A stretch of 20,123 nt of DNA from an uncultured bacterium. GTDB taxonomy: Bacteria; T1Sed10-126. The translations under genes and the position numbers were made by a program. This document shows, one piece after another, positions 1 to 8,274 of the stretch. The notes below the pieces were generated by a model. It saw only the letters and a program-made list of their open reading frames with translations. It ran no database searches and had not been told where the DNA came from. The number at the start of each line of letters is the position of its first letter. Position 1 is the first letter of the stretch. The stretch spans positions 1 through 20,123 of the forward strand of contig CAZMIT010000023.1 of NCBI GenBank assembly GCA_964566495.1, in the 5' to 3' direction.

Positions 1-42
1 TGCAGGTATGCACAATTGTGCAGAAGTGGAGGAAGTAAAGAT

Positions 43-1026
43 TTGGAACAATTAGCAGACGGTTTCGGACGTATTCACGACTATTTACGTATTTCGGTTA
101 CTGATCGCTGTAATCTACGCTGCCGGTATTGTATGCCGCCCGGGGGTATAGAGGCAGCCACGCGTGAAGAGTTACTTTCATACGAGGAGTTATTTCGTAT
201 AGCCCGGGTGCTGGCGAAAAGGGGAGTAAATAAGGTGCGTGTGACCGGCGGGGAGCCTTTTGTGCGCCGCGATTTACCGCTACTTTTTGCTAAACTTTCA
301 CAGATACCCGAGCTGGAAAGCCTGGCCGTAACCACCAATGGCCAGTTAATAGGCAAGCATCTGGAAGATTTACGAAAGGAAACCAGGTTGAGCCGTATAA
401 ACTTCAGTCTCGACAGTCTTGACGCGGAAAGATATCGGCGCGTGACCCGCGGTGGCGAACTGAAACCGGTGCTTGAAAGCATAGACCGGGCGCTGGAGCT
501 TGGATTCACGGTCAAGGTAAATACAGTTGCTCTGTCCGGGCTGGACGAAGGGGAACTGGATGAATTTGTGGGATTCATAAGTAGCCGGGATCTGACGCTC
601 AGATTTATTGAATTTATGCCACTCTGTGGAGAAGGTTGGAGCGCCGACGATTTTTATCCACTTGAAAGGTTAAGACGTAATCTGCTTCAAAACTTTGAAA
701 TTATTGAACAGGGACAGTTCTACAGGCCGGCTGGAGCAGAGGGCAAGATTGGATTTATCGGCTCGCTCAGTGAGTCTTTCTGTGGTAATTGTTCGCGACT
801 TCGGATCTCCAGCCGTGGAGAAATTTATTCCTGTCTCTTCTCAGCGTCAGGCCGATCAATCCGGGAGTTGCTGCGTTCCGGAGTCAGTGACGACGAACTG
901 GCCGCTTCTGTGGAAGCGGCGCTGGCCGATAAAAATTATGAAAATTCAGTGCCAGCTCCGGAAGAGGGAAATTTTGACAAATTTAGTCCCGAAGACTATG
1001 GATTCATAAGGCAAAAGGGTGGGTAA
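43..1026 (+). CDS. moaA: GTP 3',8-cyclase MoaA (radical SAM, molybdenum cofactor biosynthesis)
   Basis: D-x-FGR-x-HDYLRISVTDRCNLRCRYCM (CxxxCxxC), TGGEP, TTNG, C-terminal FCGNCSRLR...SCLF (Cx2Cx13C) and terminal GG. Start placed at TTG 43 because GGAGG lies at 28-32. The frame is open back to base 1, so the start is uncertain. Confidence 0.96.
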   Translation: MEQLADGFGRIHDYLRISVTDRCNLRCRYCMPPGGIEAATREELLSYEELFRIARVLAKRGVNKVRVTGGEPFVRRDLPLLFAKLSQIPELESLAVTTNGQLIGKHLEDLRKETRLSRINFSLDSLDAERYRRVTRGGELKPVLESIDRALELGFTVKVNTVALSGLDEGELDEFVGFISSRDLTLRFIEFMPLCGEGWSADDFYPLERLRRNLLQNFEIIEQGQFYRPAGAEGKIGFIGSLSESFCGNCSRLRISSRGEIYSCLFSASGRSIRELLRSGVSDDELAASVEAALADKNYENSVPAPEEGNFDKFSPEDYGFIRQKGG

Positions 1027-2257
1027 TGTGGGTCTGGCGGGGTTAAATACAATCGAGGAAATGAAAAATTTAATAGATACGGTGGAAGTTGAAAAAACTG
1101 TGGAGTCGCTTCAGGTTACCGAGGCACCCGGCAGGGTGCTGGCAGAAGACCTAAAAGCCAGAGATCCTTTGCCCCGTTTTGATCAGTCAGCGATGGATGG
1201 TTATGCAGTACAAGCGTCTGATTTAGTAAGTGCCGGGGAAGACCATCCCGTAGAATTAAAGTTGAAAAATGAAGTAGCGGCCGGCGATGATCCGCAGTTT
1301 GAACTAAACCCCGGAGAAACAGCTCGAATATTTACGGGAGCGCCGGTGCCGCCGGGAGCGGACGCGGTTGTGATTCAAGAGAAAGTGGAGGGGTCGTCCG
1401 GGAGGGTGCAGTTTTTTGAGTCGGTAGAGGCCGGTGCTAATATACGTTATCGCGGGGAGGAGATCGAGCCGGGCAAGACGCTATTATCAGCCGGCCAACC
1501 AATTTCACCGCCGGGAGTAGGGCTGGCTCTTTCCCAGGGGGTAGAGATGGTAAAGGTCTATCGCCGACCTTCTGCAGCGGTGCTATCAACTGGAGAAGAG
1601 CTTGTTCCTCCGACGACAGAGCCGGGGCCAGGGGAGAAACGTGACAGCAGCAATATAACCCTGGTCAAAGAGTTAGAACCGCTGGTCGATGAAGTAGATA
1701 GCAAACGGGTTGGGGATAGGCCGGCAAAGATTAAAACAATTTTAAGTAATCACCTTGATAATTATGATGTTGTTTTTACGCTGGGTGGAGTTTCAGTGGG
1801 AGAGAAAGATTATGTGCCGGAAGTGCTGGAAGAGCTGGGGGTTGAGAAGTTAGCCCATGGTGTTTTTCAAAAACCGGGCAAACCGCTCTGGTTTGGCCGC
1901 CGCGGGGAGACTTTTGTTTTTGGGTTACCCGGTAACCCGGTTTCGTCCCTTGCCTGCTTTTATCTCTACGCTTACAATTTATTGCGTCGAATAGCCGGTT
2001 ATGAGCCTGAAAACGCCGGTTTACGCGAGGGTGTAACAAGGCTGGATAGTCGTTTCGATAAGGAGACAGCCCGCTCTCGTTTGGCCTGGGCCCGAACCTG
2101 GAGTAAAAACCATGATTTGCGGAGCAGGCTGCTTGATTGTCAAGAGTCGCACATGTTAACCGGCCCGGCAAAGGCGGATAGTCTCGTCTATTTGCCCGGT
2201 AACCGCGAAAGCATCGACACAGATGAGCCGCTGCGGGTTTATTTTTTACCTTGGTAG
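1019..2257 (+). CDS. moeA: Molybdopterin molybdotransferase MoeA
   Basis: GRVLAED, P-x-FDQSAMDGYA, IFTGAPVPPGADAVV, STGEEL, GGVSVGEKD, KPGKP and GLPGNPVS motifs. Overlaps the moaA stop. Confidence 0.96.
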   Translation: MGNVGLAGLNTIEEMKNLIDTVEVEKTVESLQVTEAPGRVLAEDLKARDPLPRFDQSAMDGYAVQASDLVSAGEDHPVELKLKNEVAAGDDPQFELNPGETARIFTGAPVPPGADAVVIQEKVEGSSGRVQFFESVEAGANIRYRGEEIEPGKTLLSAGQPISPPGVGLALSQGVEMVKVYRRPSAAVLSTGEELVPPTTEPGPGEKRDSSNITLVKELEPLVDEVDSKRVGDRPAKIKTILSNHLDNYDVVFTLGGVSVGEKDYVPEVLEELGVEKLAHGVFQKPGKPLWFGRRGETFVFGLPGNPVSSLACFYLYAYNLLRRIAGYEPENAGLREGVTRLDSRFDKETARSRLAWARTWSKNHDLRSRLLDCQESHMLTGPAKADSLVYLPGNRESIDTDEPLRVYFLPW

Positions 2258-2260
2258 TGT

Positions 2261-2435
2261 GAAAGTGGGAAAGTGGGAAAGTGGGAAAGTTGGAAAGTGG
2301 GAAAGTTGGAAAGTTGGAAAGTGGGAAAGTTGAAAAGTGGGAAGTTAGAAAGTTGGAAAGTTAGAAAGTGTGAAAGTTGGAAAGTTGGGAAGTTGGAAAG
2401 TTGGGAAGTTGGAAAGTTGGGAAGTTGGAAAGTTG
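2261..2435. repeat. Tandem array of 22 octamer units (GAAAGTGG/GAAAGTTG/GGAAGTTG; one 7-bp unit)
   Basis: Counted directly. Starts 4 nt after the moeA stop, has no C on the + strand, and is followed by a degenerate GAAACTGA. Confidence 0.97.
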
Positions 2436-2459
2436 GAAACTGAAAACCATAGAGCGGAA

Positions 2460-2797
2460 ACCTTAAAATGGATTGCGGATCGTGGTCCGCAATGACGAGC
2501 GTTGGGTCAAGATCCCCCCCCCTCACCTGTATCCTCTCCCTCGGAGGGGAGAGGAGATAAATCGGGAGCAAAGTTTGCAATGACGGTCGTTAGGTCAAGT
2601 TCGCTCTTTATTTTGATGTCATTCCGGCCTCCGAGCCGGAATCCATCTTGAACTTGAACTTGATTTTCGGTCTTGCGCATTTTCGCTTGCTCGCAAGCTC
2701 GCCTCTTCGAGCTTTTCCCCCTTGAAGGGGGGAAAGACAAAGGGGGGTGAAAAGATGGATTGCGGGTCAAGCCCGCAATGACGCGAGAAAGGTCAAG
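2460..2797. repeat. REP-like palindromic mosaic, copy A
   Basis: Hairpin units TGGATT-GCGG..CCGC-AATGAC (2469-2496, 2756-2782), inverted GTCATTCCGGC..GCCGGAATCCA (2618-2645), and CCTCTCCC..GGGAGAGG (2533-2554). 2618-2760 is nearly identical to 10054-10195. Confidence 0.9.
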
Positions 2798-2919
2798 TTC
2801 ATAAATCTTGGGAAAACAAGTAATATGAATTGTGGGTTGGGGCGGAATTACGGCAGGAAATCAAAAAACGTGACGGTGTTAATTTTGGGTGAGAATTCCT
2901 AAATTGAGAGGTCAGAATT

Positions 2920-3681
2920 ATGGAGATTAACGAGTTGGTCAGGTTAGCGCCCGGGGAAGAGAAGAAGCTCAGCATTCCCTACGCCGATATAGAATTAAGT
3001 TATGACGGAGATTCTCTGCAGTATTTTCGTCTGGACGAAGAGACGGGAGAAGTTTTAGCAGAAAAAAGTTTTTTAACCACAACAGGACGGGACGTGGAAT
3101 TGAAGCTTACTCCCGTTTATCCCGACAGGCCAATAGTGTTCAAACCCGAGACGGAAGTAACTGTGCTGCCGAAAAGGCGCGTCACTTTTTTTCTTACGCT
3201 ACCTCTTGCCTATACGCTGCAGCTCACCCGCAGCGAAAGTAATCTGGAAGAGGTGCTTGATACGGTACGTAAAAACACTTACTGGGGACCGCCAACCAGC
3301 GGAGTGTTAGCTTATGAGCATCAGAGTTCCCTCTGGACAAATGAGGAGGCGGTTTACCAGGAAGCAGCCGAGCCTGCAGCAACTGTTCCGGTGGTTTTTG
3401 TTAATCAACTGGACGACGAATTTTTATTGAACAAACTTCTGGTACCACTGTGTGAGCTTGAAATATATTTGACCTCAAGTGGTGTACCCATTTTCAGAAG
3501 CGCCCGGGTAGAGCAGCGCGACGGAGAAAATCAGGTTTCGCGGCCGGCGGACAGGCATCTACAGGATCTTGATTATGAACAAAAAATTTGTGATCCGCCC
3601 AGTCCACCCCGTTCACTGCTGGAGAAGGTCAGTAAATTTTCGGGTTGGGGACAGCTAACGGGGGTGTTTGGAGACCGATGA
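2920..3681 (+). CDS. DUF432-like protein
   Basis: 253-aa ORF with GAGG RBS. Its PVYPDRPIVFKP and TYWGPPTSGVLAY segments resemble DUF432 proteins, which I recall commonly sit next to MscS genes. ATGA overlap with mscS. Confidence 0.65.
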   Translation: MEINELVRLAPGEEKKLSIPYADIELSYDGDSLQYFRLDEETGEVLAEKSFLTTTGRDVELKLTPVYPDRPIVFKPETEVTVLPKRRVTFFLTLPLAYTLQLTRSESNLEEVLDTVRKNTYWGPPTSGVLAYEHQSSLWTNEEAVYQEAAEPAATVPVVFVNQLDDEFLLNKLLVPLCELEIYLTSSGVPIFRSARVEQRDGENQVSRPADRHLQDLDYEQKICDPPSPPRSLLEKVSKFSGWGQLTGVFGDR

Positions 3682-4541
3682 TATTAGTTGAAGCCGTATT
3701 TGAGAGACTGGTAGAAACAGTGGGAGACTGGCCCTGGAATCAGATAACAATAATTTTACTGACGGCAGTCTTAGGTTTTCTTATTGCCCGGGTGATAGCG
3801 AAACTGACCGGGAGACAATTTGAAAAAAAGACGGACTCTACCACCGGTATGATTGCTGAAAAAATTGTTTTTTACACTTTACTGGCGGTAGTGGGGGCAA
3901 TTATTTTGAGGGAACTGGACGTAAGTCTGGGAGCTCTGCTTGCCGCGGGTGGATTTCTTGGACTGGCCGTAGGTTTTGCAGCTCAGACCTCGGTGTCTAA
4001 CATGATCAGCGGAATTTTCCTGATATTTGAGCGTCCGTTTCAGGTTGGAGACGTTCTCAGAATAGATGACAAATTTGGTGCTGTGCTGAGTATTGATCTG
4101 CTTTCTACCAAGGTGCGAACATTTGATAATCTCTACTGGCGTATCCCAAACGAAAAAGTTTTGAAAAGCGATTTCACCACAATTACCAAGTATGATATTC
4201 GCAGGCTGGACGTCAACGCCAGTATAAGTTACGACGATGATATTGGCACGGCCCGTCAGGTTCTGCTGGAGTGTGCGCAGGAGGAGCCGTTAATACTCGG
4301 TGATCCCGAGCCAACCGTTCTGGTCACAAAAATGGCTGATTCAGGGATTGAACTGATTCTGCGCTGCTGGTTTTACAAGACCGATTTTCTGGCCGCGCAG
4401 ACGGAACTTATTCACACGGTAAAAGAACGGCTGGAAGCCGCCGGCTGTACTATTCCCTTCCCCCATCGAACTCTATATGTCCGCAACGAGGAAGACTGGC
4501 AGAAGGCAGCGGCTCTTGAAAACGACCAGGCCGATGAGTAA
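3678..4541 (+). CDS. mscS: Small-conductance mechanosensitive channel, MscS family
   Basis: Three hydrophobic helices, GLAVGFAAQTSVSNMISG, ERPFQVGD, IPN, and C-terminal IPFPHR. ATG 3678 overlaps the upstream TGA. Confidence 0.93.
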   Translation: MILVEAVFERLVETVGDWPWNQITIILLTAVLGFLIARVIAKLTGRQFEKKTDSTTGMIAEKIVFYTLLAVVGAIILRELDVSLGALLAAGGFLGLAVGFAAQTSVSNMISGIFLIFERPFQVGDVLRIDDKFGAVLSIDLLSTKVRTFDNLYWRIPNEKVLKSDFTTITKYDIRRLDVNASISYDDDIGTARQVLLECAQEEPLILGDPEPTVLVTKMADSGIELILRCWFYKTDFLAAQTELIHTVKERLEAAGCTIPFPHRTLYVRNEEDWQKAAALENDQADE

Positions 4542-4544
4542 ATT

Positions 4545-5624
4545 GTGAAGTTTCTGGAAGAGTATCGAGATCCCGAGAAAGCAAGAAGCCTGTCCCGTCA
4601 GATTGAGTCGCTGGTGATTGAAGAATGGCGTATAATGGAGATCTGCGGCGGACAGACTCACGCAATACTGGAGTATGGGATTGACCGGCTTCTTCCTGCA
4701 AGTGTAGATTTGATTCATGGCCCCGGCTGTCCGGTCTGTGTTACCCCAATAAGTAAGATAGACAAGGCGCTAAAGCTGGCTCAGCGCCCGGAAGTTATTT
4801 TTTGTTCTTTTGGTGACATGCTCAGGGTCCCCGGCTCTGAAGGAGACCTGCGCTCAATTCGTTCGTGCGGTGGCGACGTCCGGATCGTCTACTCACCTCT
4901 GAACGCGGTAGAAATAGCCCGGGAAAATCCCGACCACGAAGTAGTTTTCTTTGCAATCGGTTTTGAAACCACCGCCCCGGTAAATGCCCAGGCGATTCGG
5001 CGAGCCGAAGCGGAGGGGTTGGACAACTTTTCTCTCCTGGTTTCCCAGGTTCTTGTTCCGCCGGCTATTCGAGCAATTAAGGAAGCGGAAGACTGCCGTG
5101 TTGATGGTTTTCTTGCGGCAGGTCACGTTTGCACAGTAATGGGCTACTGGCAGTATGAACCGCTGGCGGAAGATTATGAGACACCGATTGTAGTAACCGG
5201 ATTTGAACCGTTTGACTTGCTGCAGGGGCTGCATATCTGTTTAAAACAGCTTGAAGCGGGACGAGCTGAAGTTATGAACCAATACAGCCGTGCGGTGACT
5301 CGAGAAGGGACTAAAGCGGCGCAAGAGCAAATTGAAAAGATTTTTGAGGTGGTTGATCAGCAGTGGCGTGGTCTGGGTGAGATACCAAACAGTGGACTCG
5401 CTTTGAAGGAGAAATATAATAAGTTTAACGCTGAAGAAAAGTTTGAGATAACAGTGGAGGAAGCAAAAATACCCGACCAGTGTATCTGCGGGCAAATACT
5501 CCAGGGTCTCGCCCGGCCGTCCGAATGTCCGGCTTTTGGAGGTCAATGCACGCCCGATTCACCCCTGGGGGCCTGCATGGTTTCCTCGGAAGGCGCCTGT
5601 GCGGCCTACTACCGCTACAGTTAA
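4545..5624 (+). CDS. hypD: [NiFe]-hydrogenase maturation protein HypD
   Basis: [37 protein letters not shown], and C-terminal Fe-S cysteines CICG...[23 protein letters not shown]. Confidence 0.97.
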   Translation: MKFLEEYRDPEKARSLSRQIESLVIEEWRIMEICGGQTHAILEYGIDRLLPASVDLIHGPGCPVCVTPISKIDKALKLAQRPEVIFCSFGDMLRVPGSEGDLRSIRSCGGDVRIVYSPLNAVEIARENPDHEVVFFAIGFETTAPVNAQAIRRAEAEGLDNFSLLVSQVLVPPAIRAIKEAEDCRVDGFLAAGHVCTVMGYWQYEPLAEDYETPIVVTGFEPFDLLQGLHICLKQLEAGRAEVMNQYSRAVTREGTKAAQEQIEKIFEVVDQQWRGLGEIPNSGLALKEKYNKFNAEEKFEITVEEAKIPDQCICGQILQGLARPSECPAFGGQCTPDSPLGACMVSSEGACAAYYRYS

Positions 5625-5631
5625 TTTTTTT

Positions 5632-5866
5632 GGCTCTATTGAAATTCTTGCTGAAGACAGGCTACTCAAAGGTGTTGGGACTCATTCTTGATTGGCCTCC
5701 AGCCAATCTCCGAGGTATATCTGGCAATAATCAGATCCTCCAGGATCTATTGCCAGCTATAAATCCGTCAAACACCTTCGAGTAACCTAATTAAAGTTTA
5801 TAGCTATTTAAAACGCAGGAAGAGTCAATTGCTTTCTAAGATAGTAAAAAAAATTTCAATAGAGTC
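5632..5866. mobile_element. Putative non-autonomous MITE-like element (235 bp)
   Basis: Terminal inverted repeats GGCTCTATTGAAATT (5632-5646) and AATTTCAATAGAGTC (5852-5866) match 14/15. Flanks ATTTTTTT (5624-5631) and ATTTATTT (5867-5874) match 7/8, a possible target duplication. No transposase. Confidence 0.55.
5659..5788 (-). ncRNA. Putative structured ncRNA (~130 nt), family unassigned
   Basis: An 18-bp closing stem (5659-5676 with 5771-5788), whose two mismatches are G-U pairs only on the - strand, encloses two hairpins (5690-5708, 5721-5756) with identical CUGGAGG tips. Confidence 0.5.
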
Positions 5867-5924
5867 ATTTATTTATTTCCCACTTAAATTTTGCGTTATT
5901 CACTGACCAACGGATGTGAGTATA

Positions 5925-6770
5925 TTGCCCGAGTTGCCTGAAGTTGAAGTTATACGACGAGATTTACTGCCGTTAAAAGGCCGGCGAATTGAAACGGTCG
6001 AAGCCGCCGACCCGGATTTATTTGAAGCCCCGCTTACGCCGGTCGGGGCTCAGGATAAGTTTACCGGTCAGAAGCTGCTGGATATAAAACGCTACGGTAA
6101 ATATCTGGCCTTCCAGTTAGCCGGTGGCTGGTTAATTTTTCATCCCCGGATGTCCGGCAAGGTGCAATTCAGAGATTCTCCACCCGGAGGAGCGGATAGG
6201 TCAAAACTGGTATTCAAATTTGAAGGACTGAACGATCGCCGGCTCTATTTTACTTCTCTCCGACGATTTACCCGTTTTTACTGGCAGAGTAAGCAAGACC
6301 TGCTTGATTTTGAGAAATTTAAGGGGATGGGGCCAGACCCCTTCTGGTCCAATTATACCTGGTCGAACTTTAAAGGAGGTTTGCAGAATCGGCGTTCAGC
6401 AGTGAAGACACTGCTTATGAACCAGAAGTTTATAGCCGGCGTTGGTAATATTTATGCATCCGAAGCCTGTTTCAGGGCGGGAGTTGACCCTCAAAAAAAG
6501 ATTCCCGATATAACCCGGCGGACGCTCAAGAGACTATATCGAATTATTCCGAAGCTATTGCGGGAAGCAGTAGCAGCGCGCGGTTCGAGTCTTGAACCGG
6601 CGACCTCGGCAACTGCGTATCTTGACGCAACCAGCCGGCCCGGGCGCTTTAAGTTTTATCACCGCGTTTACGGTCGCGAAGAGGAATATTGTGTTGACTG
6701 CGGTGGTCGGGTGAAGAAGATAAAACAGGCCGGTCGCAGCACCTACTTTTGTTCGAACTGTCAGCAGTAG
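5925..6770 (+). CDS. mutM: Formamidopyrimidine-DNA glycosylase/AP lyase (Fpg/MutM)
   Basis: (M)PELPEVE N-terminus if started at TTG 5925, RYGKYL, H2TH motif LLMNQKFIAGVGNIYASE, and zinc finger CVDC...GRSTYFCSNCQ. Confidence 0.95.
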   Translation: MPELPEVEVIRRDLLPLKGRRIETVEAADPDLFEAPLTPVGAQDKFTGQKLLDIKRYGKYLAFQLAGGWLIFHPRMSGKVQFRDSPPGGADRSKLVFKFEGLNDRRLYFTSLRRFTRFYWQSKQDLLDFEKFKGMGPDPFWSNYTWSNFKGGLQNRRSAVKTLLMNQKFIAGVGNIYASEACFRAGVDPQKKIPDITRRTLKRLYRIIPKLLREAVAARGSSLEPATSATAYLDATSRPGRFKFYHRVYGREEEYCVDCGGRVKKIKQAGRSTYFCSNCQQ

Positions 6771-6790
6771 TAAGCGCCCCCTCTTTCTTT

Positions 6791-6988
6791 CCCCCCCCAC
6801 CTTAGTCCTCCCCCGCCAGGGGGGAGGAAATGAGCGAGGAAAAATGTCCTCTCCCTCGGCGGGGAGGGGCTCGAAGAGGCGAGCGGGCGATGGGGCGAGC
6901 CAGCGAAGAAGCGAAAGAGAGTTGGGATCAAGTTCAAGATGGATTCCGGCTCGGTGGCCGGAATGACGACCAAAAGATCAAGGTCAAG
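6791..6988. repeat. REP-like palindromic mosaic, copy B (inverted, diverged)
   Basis: 6928-6967 is the reverse complement (1 mismatch) of GTCATTCCGGCCTCCGAGCCGGAATCCATCTTGAACTTGA in copy A. GCTCGAAGAGGCGAGC (6869-6884) is the reverse complement of a 16-mer in copies A and C. Two CCTC(T/C)CCC..GGGGAGG hairpins are also present. Confidence 0.85.
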
Positions 6989-7023
6989 TGCTTCAATGAC
7001 GAATTTATTGGAAGGTTTTGTTT

Positions 7024-7062
7024 AGCCCCGCGAGCTGTTTGCAAGAAGCGGGGGTTTCTGTT
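7024..7062 (+). terminator. Possible intrinsic terminator downstream of mutM
   Basis: AGCCCCGC...GCGGGGTT stem followed by TCTGTT. The loop is long, so support is weak. Confidence 0.3.
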
Positions 7063-7126
7063 ATTGTAACTACGCTTGAATTAAAAAAACGGTAACATTT
7101 TTATCATTTTATTAGGAGTGTTTAAG

Positions 7127-7495
7127 ATGGAAGTTAACATGCAAAAAATTGAGGAAAAGGCAAAGAGTTTAGGACGTGCTCTCGGGCAGTCAGATACAGT
7201 CAAAGCACTGGCTCGAGCCGAAGAAAGCTTGCGCGAGGAAGAAGAGGTTAAAGAAGAGTTTGAAAAGGTTCAGAAGCTCCAATCGGAACTTATGCAGAAA
7301 TCTCAAAGCGGTGAAGAAATAAGCGAGGAGAAACAGCAAGAACTGAAGGATGCGATGAGCGAACTGGAGAAACGCTCTGAATTCCAACAATTCGTAGCCT
7401 CTCAGTCTAATTTTGAGAAGTTGATGAAGCAGGTTAACGAATTTATTCAACAGGGCATATCGGAAGGCCAGGATTCTAAAATAGTTGAAATTTAA
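7127..7495 (+). CDS. YlbF/YheA/YmcA (Com_YlbF) family protein
   Basis: I-x-EKAKSLGRALGQS N-terminus, helical E/K/Q-rich body, and F..FVASQ..FEKLMKQVNEFI C-terminus. AGGAG at 7114-7118 supports ATG 7127. Confidence 0.75.
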   Translation: MEVNMQKIEEKAKSLGRALGQSDTVKALARAEESLREEEEVKEEFEKVQKLQSELMQKSQSGEEISEEKQQELKDAMSELEKRSEFQQFVASQSNFEKLMKQVNEFIQQGISEGQDSKIVEI

Positions 7496-7515
7496 GCGGG
7501 CGGTGGGCCGCTATA

Positions 7516-8265
7516 ATGGCTAAACTTAAACGTTCGGGAGCCGCCTATGAGGTTTGCAACCGGGGGCCCTGGACGACTGTAGAATACAAAGAATGGCCCG
7601 ATTTTTCTCTGGGTCAGACCACCGCTTTAACCGGTGGAGCCGGAGCAGACTTTCGTTCGGGGGCACTGGCTGACCTGCTTCTTGCACCGTTTGTCGGAGA
7701 AAATTATCATCAGCCCGAACAGGTTCACGGCACGCGAGTGGCGGCGGTCAAAAAAAATTCTTGCTGCTATCGTAATGTTGACGGGCTGTTAACCAGTCGC
7801 CCCAAACAGGTGTTAACTGTTCTTACCGCCGATTGTCTGCCGATTTTTATAAAAGAAGCTGATAATTCCCGCTGGGCGCTGGTTCATGCCGGCTGGCGCG
7901 GGCTCACCGCTGGTATTGTCCCCCGGACGCTGAAAAAGGAGTTTAAAGGTCCAGTGGACGTTCTGGCGGGAGCGGCGATAAGTCCTGAGTCCTACAAAGT
8001 GGGGGACGAGGTGGTCGAGGCGGCCGCCTCATCGCTTGGAATGACAGTCGAAGATCTAGTAAGTTTGGAAGTGGTGCAGGGAGGCGGCGAAAAATACCGT
8101 CTTGATTTACAGGCGCTTCTTCATCAGCAGCTTCAAATAAGTCCGGTTTGTGTGAATAGCTTGCTCTGCACTCCGCTTTCAACTGACGGTGACCTGATTC
8201 CTCTGATCAGTTATCGCTGTCAGAAAAGCAAGAAGAGAATGTTACACTGGATTTACAGGGAGTGA
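7516..8265 (+). CDS. pgeF: PgeF/YfiH (YlmD) family purine nucleoside phosphorylase / laccase-domain protein
   Basis: QVHG, DGLLT, TADCLPI, VHAGWRG and SYR motifs. Precedes yggS as in conserved clusters. Confidence 0.88.
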   Translation: MAKLKRSGAAYEVCNRGPWTTVEYKEWPDFSLGQTTALTGGAGADFRSGALADLLLAPFVGENYHQPEQVHGTRVAAVKKNSCCYRNVDGLLTSRPKQVLTVLTADCLPIFIKEADNSRWALVHAGWRGLTAGIVPRTLKKEFKGPVDVLAGAAISPESYKVGDEVVEAAASSLGMTVEDLVSLEVVQGGGEKYRLDLQALLHQQLQISPVCVNSLLCTPLSTDGDLIPLISYRCQKSKKRMLHWIYRE

Positions 8266-8274
8266 CTTTCTTCT

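Noticed and set aside
1..42. Possible 3' end of an upstream gene or an N-terminal fusion to MoaA
   Set aside because: All three + frames are open at the window edge, and the stretch is too short to identify.
2239..2580. 113-aa minus-strand ORF with FPTFQLSN repeats
   Set aside because: It is just the translation of the octamer array and mosaic A, and it overlaps the end of moeA in antisense.
2261..2797. Possible CRISPR array
   Set aside because: No constant 23-47 bp repeat alternating with unique, equal-length spacers, and no cas genes.
5632..5646. ATTGAAAT resembling a CRISPR repeat 3' end
   Set aside because: It occurs only as one inverted pair, not a direct-repeat array, and is better explained as terminal inverted repeats.
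5480..5785. 101-aa ORF overlapping the hypD 3' end
   Set aside because: Out-of-frame overlap with hypD that runs through the structured element, with no recognisable motif.
5659..5788. Assignment as 6S RNA, SRP RNA, tRNA or Moco riboswitch
   Set aside because: Too short in both arms for typical 6S, no SRP helix-8 motif, no cloverleaf, and not upstream of the Moco genes. Left unassigned pending an Rfam search.
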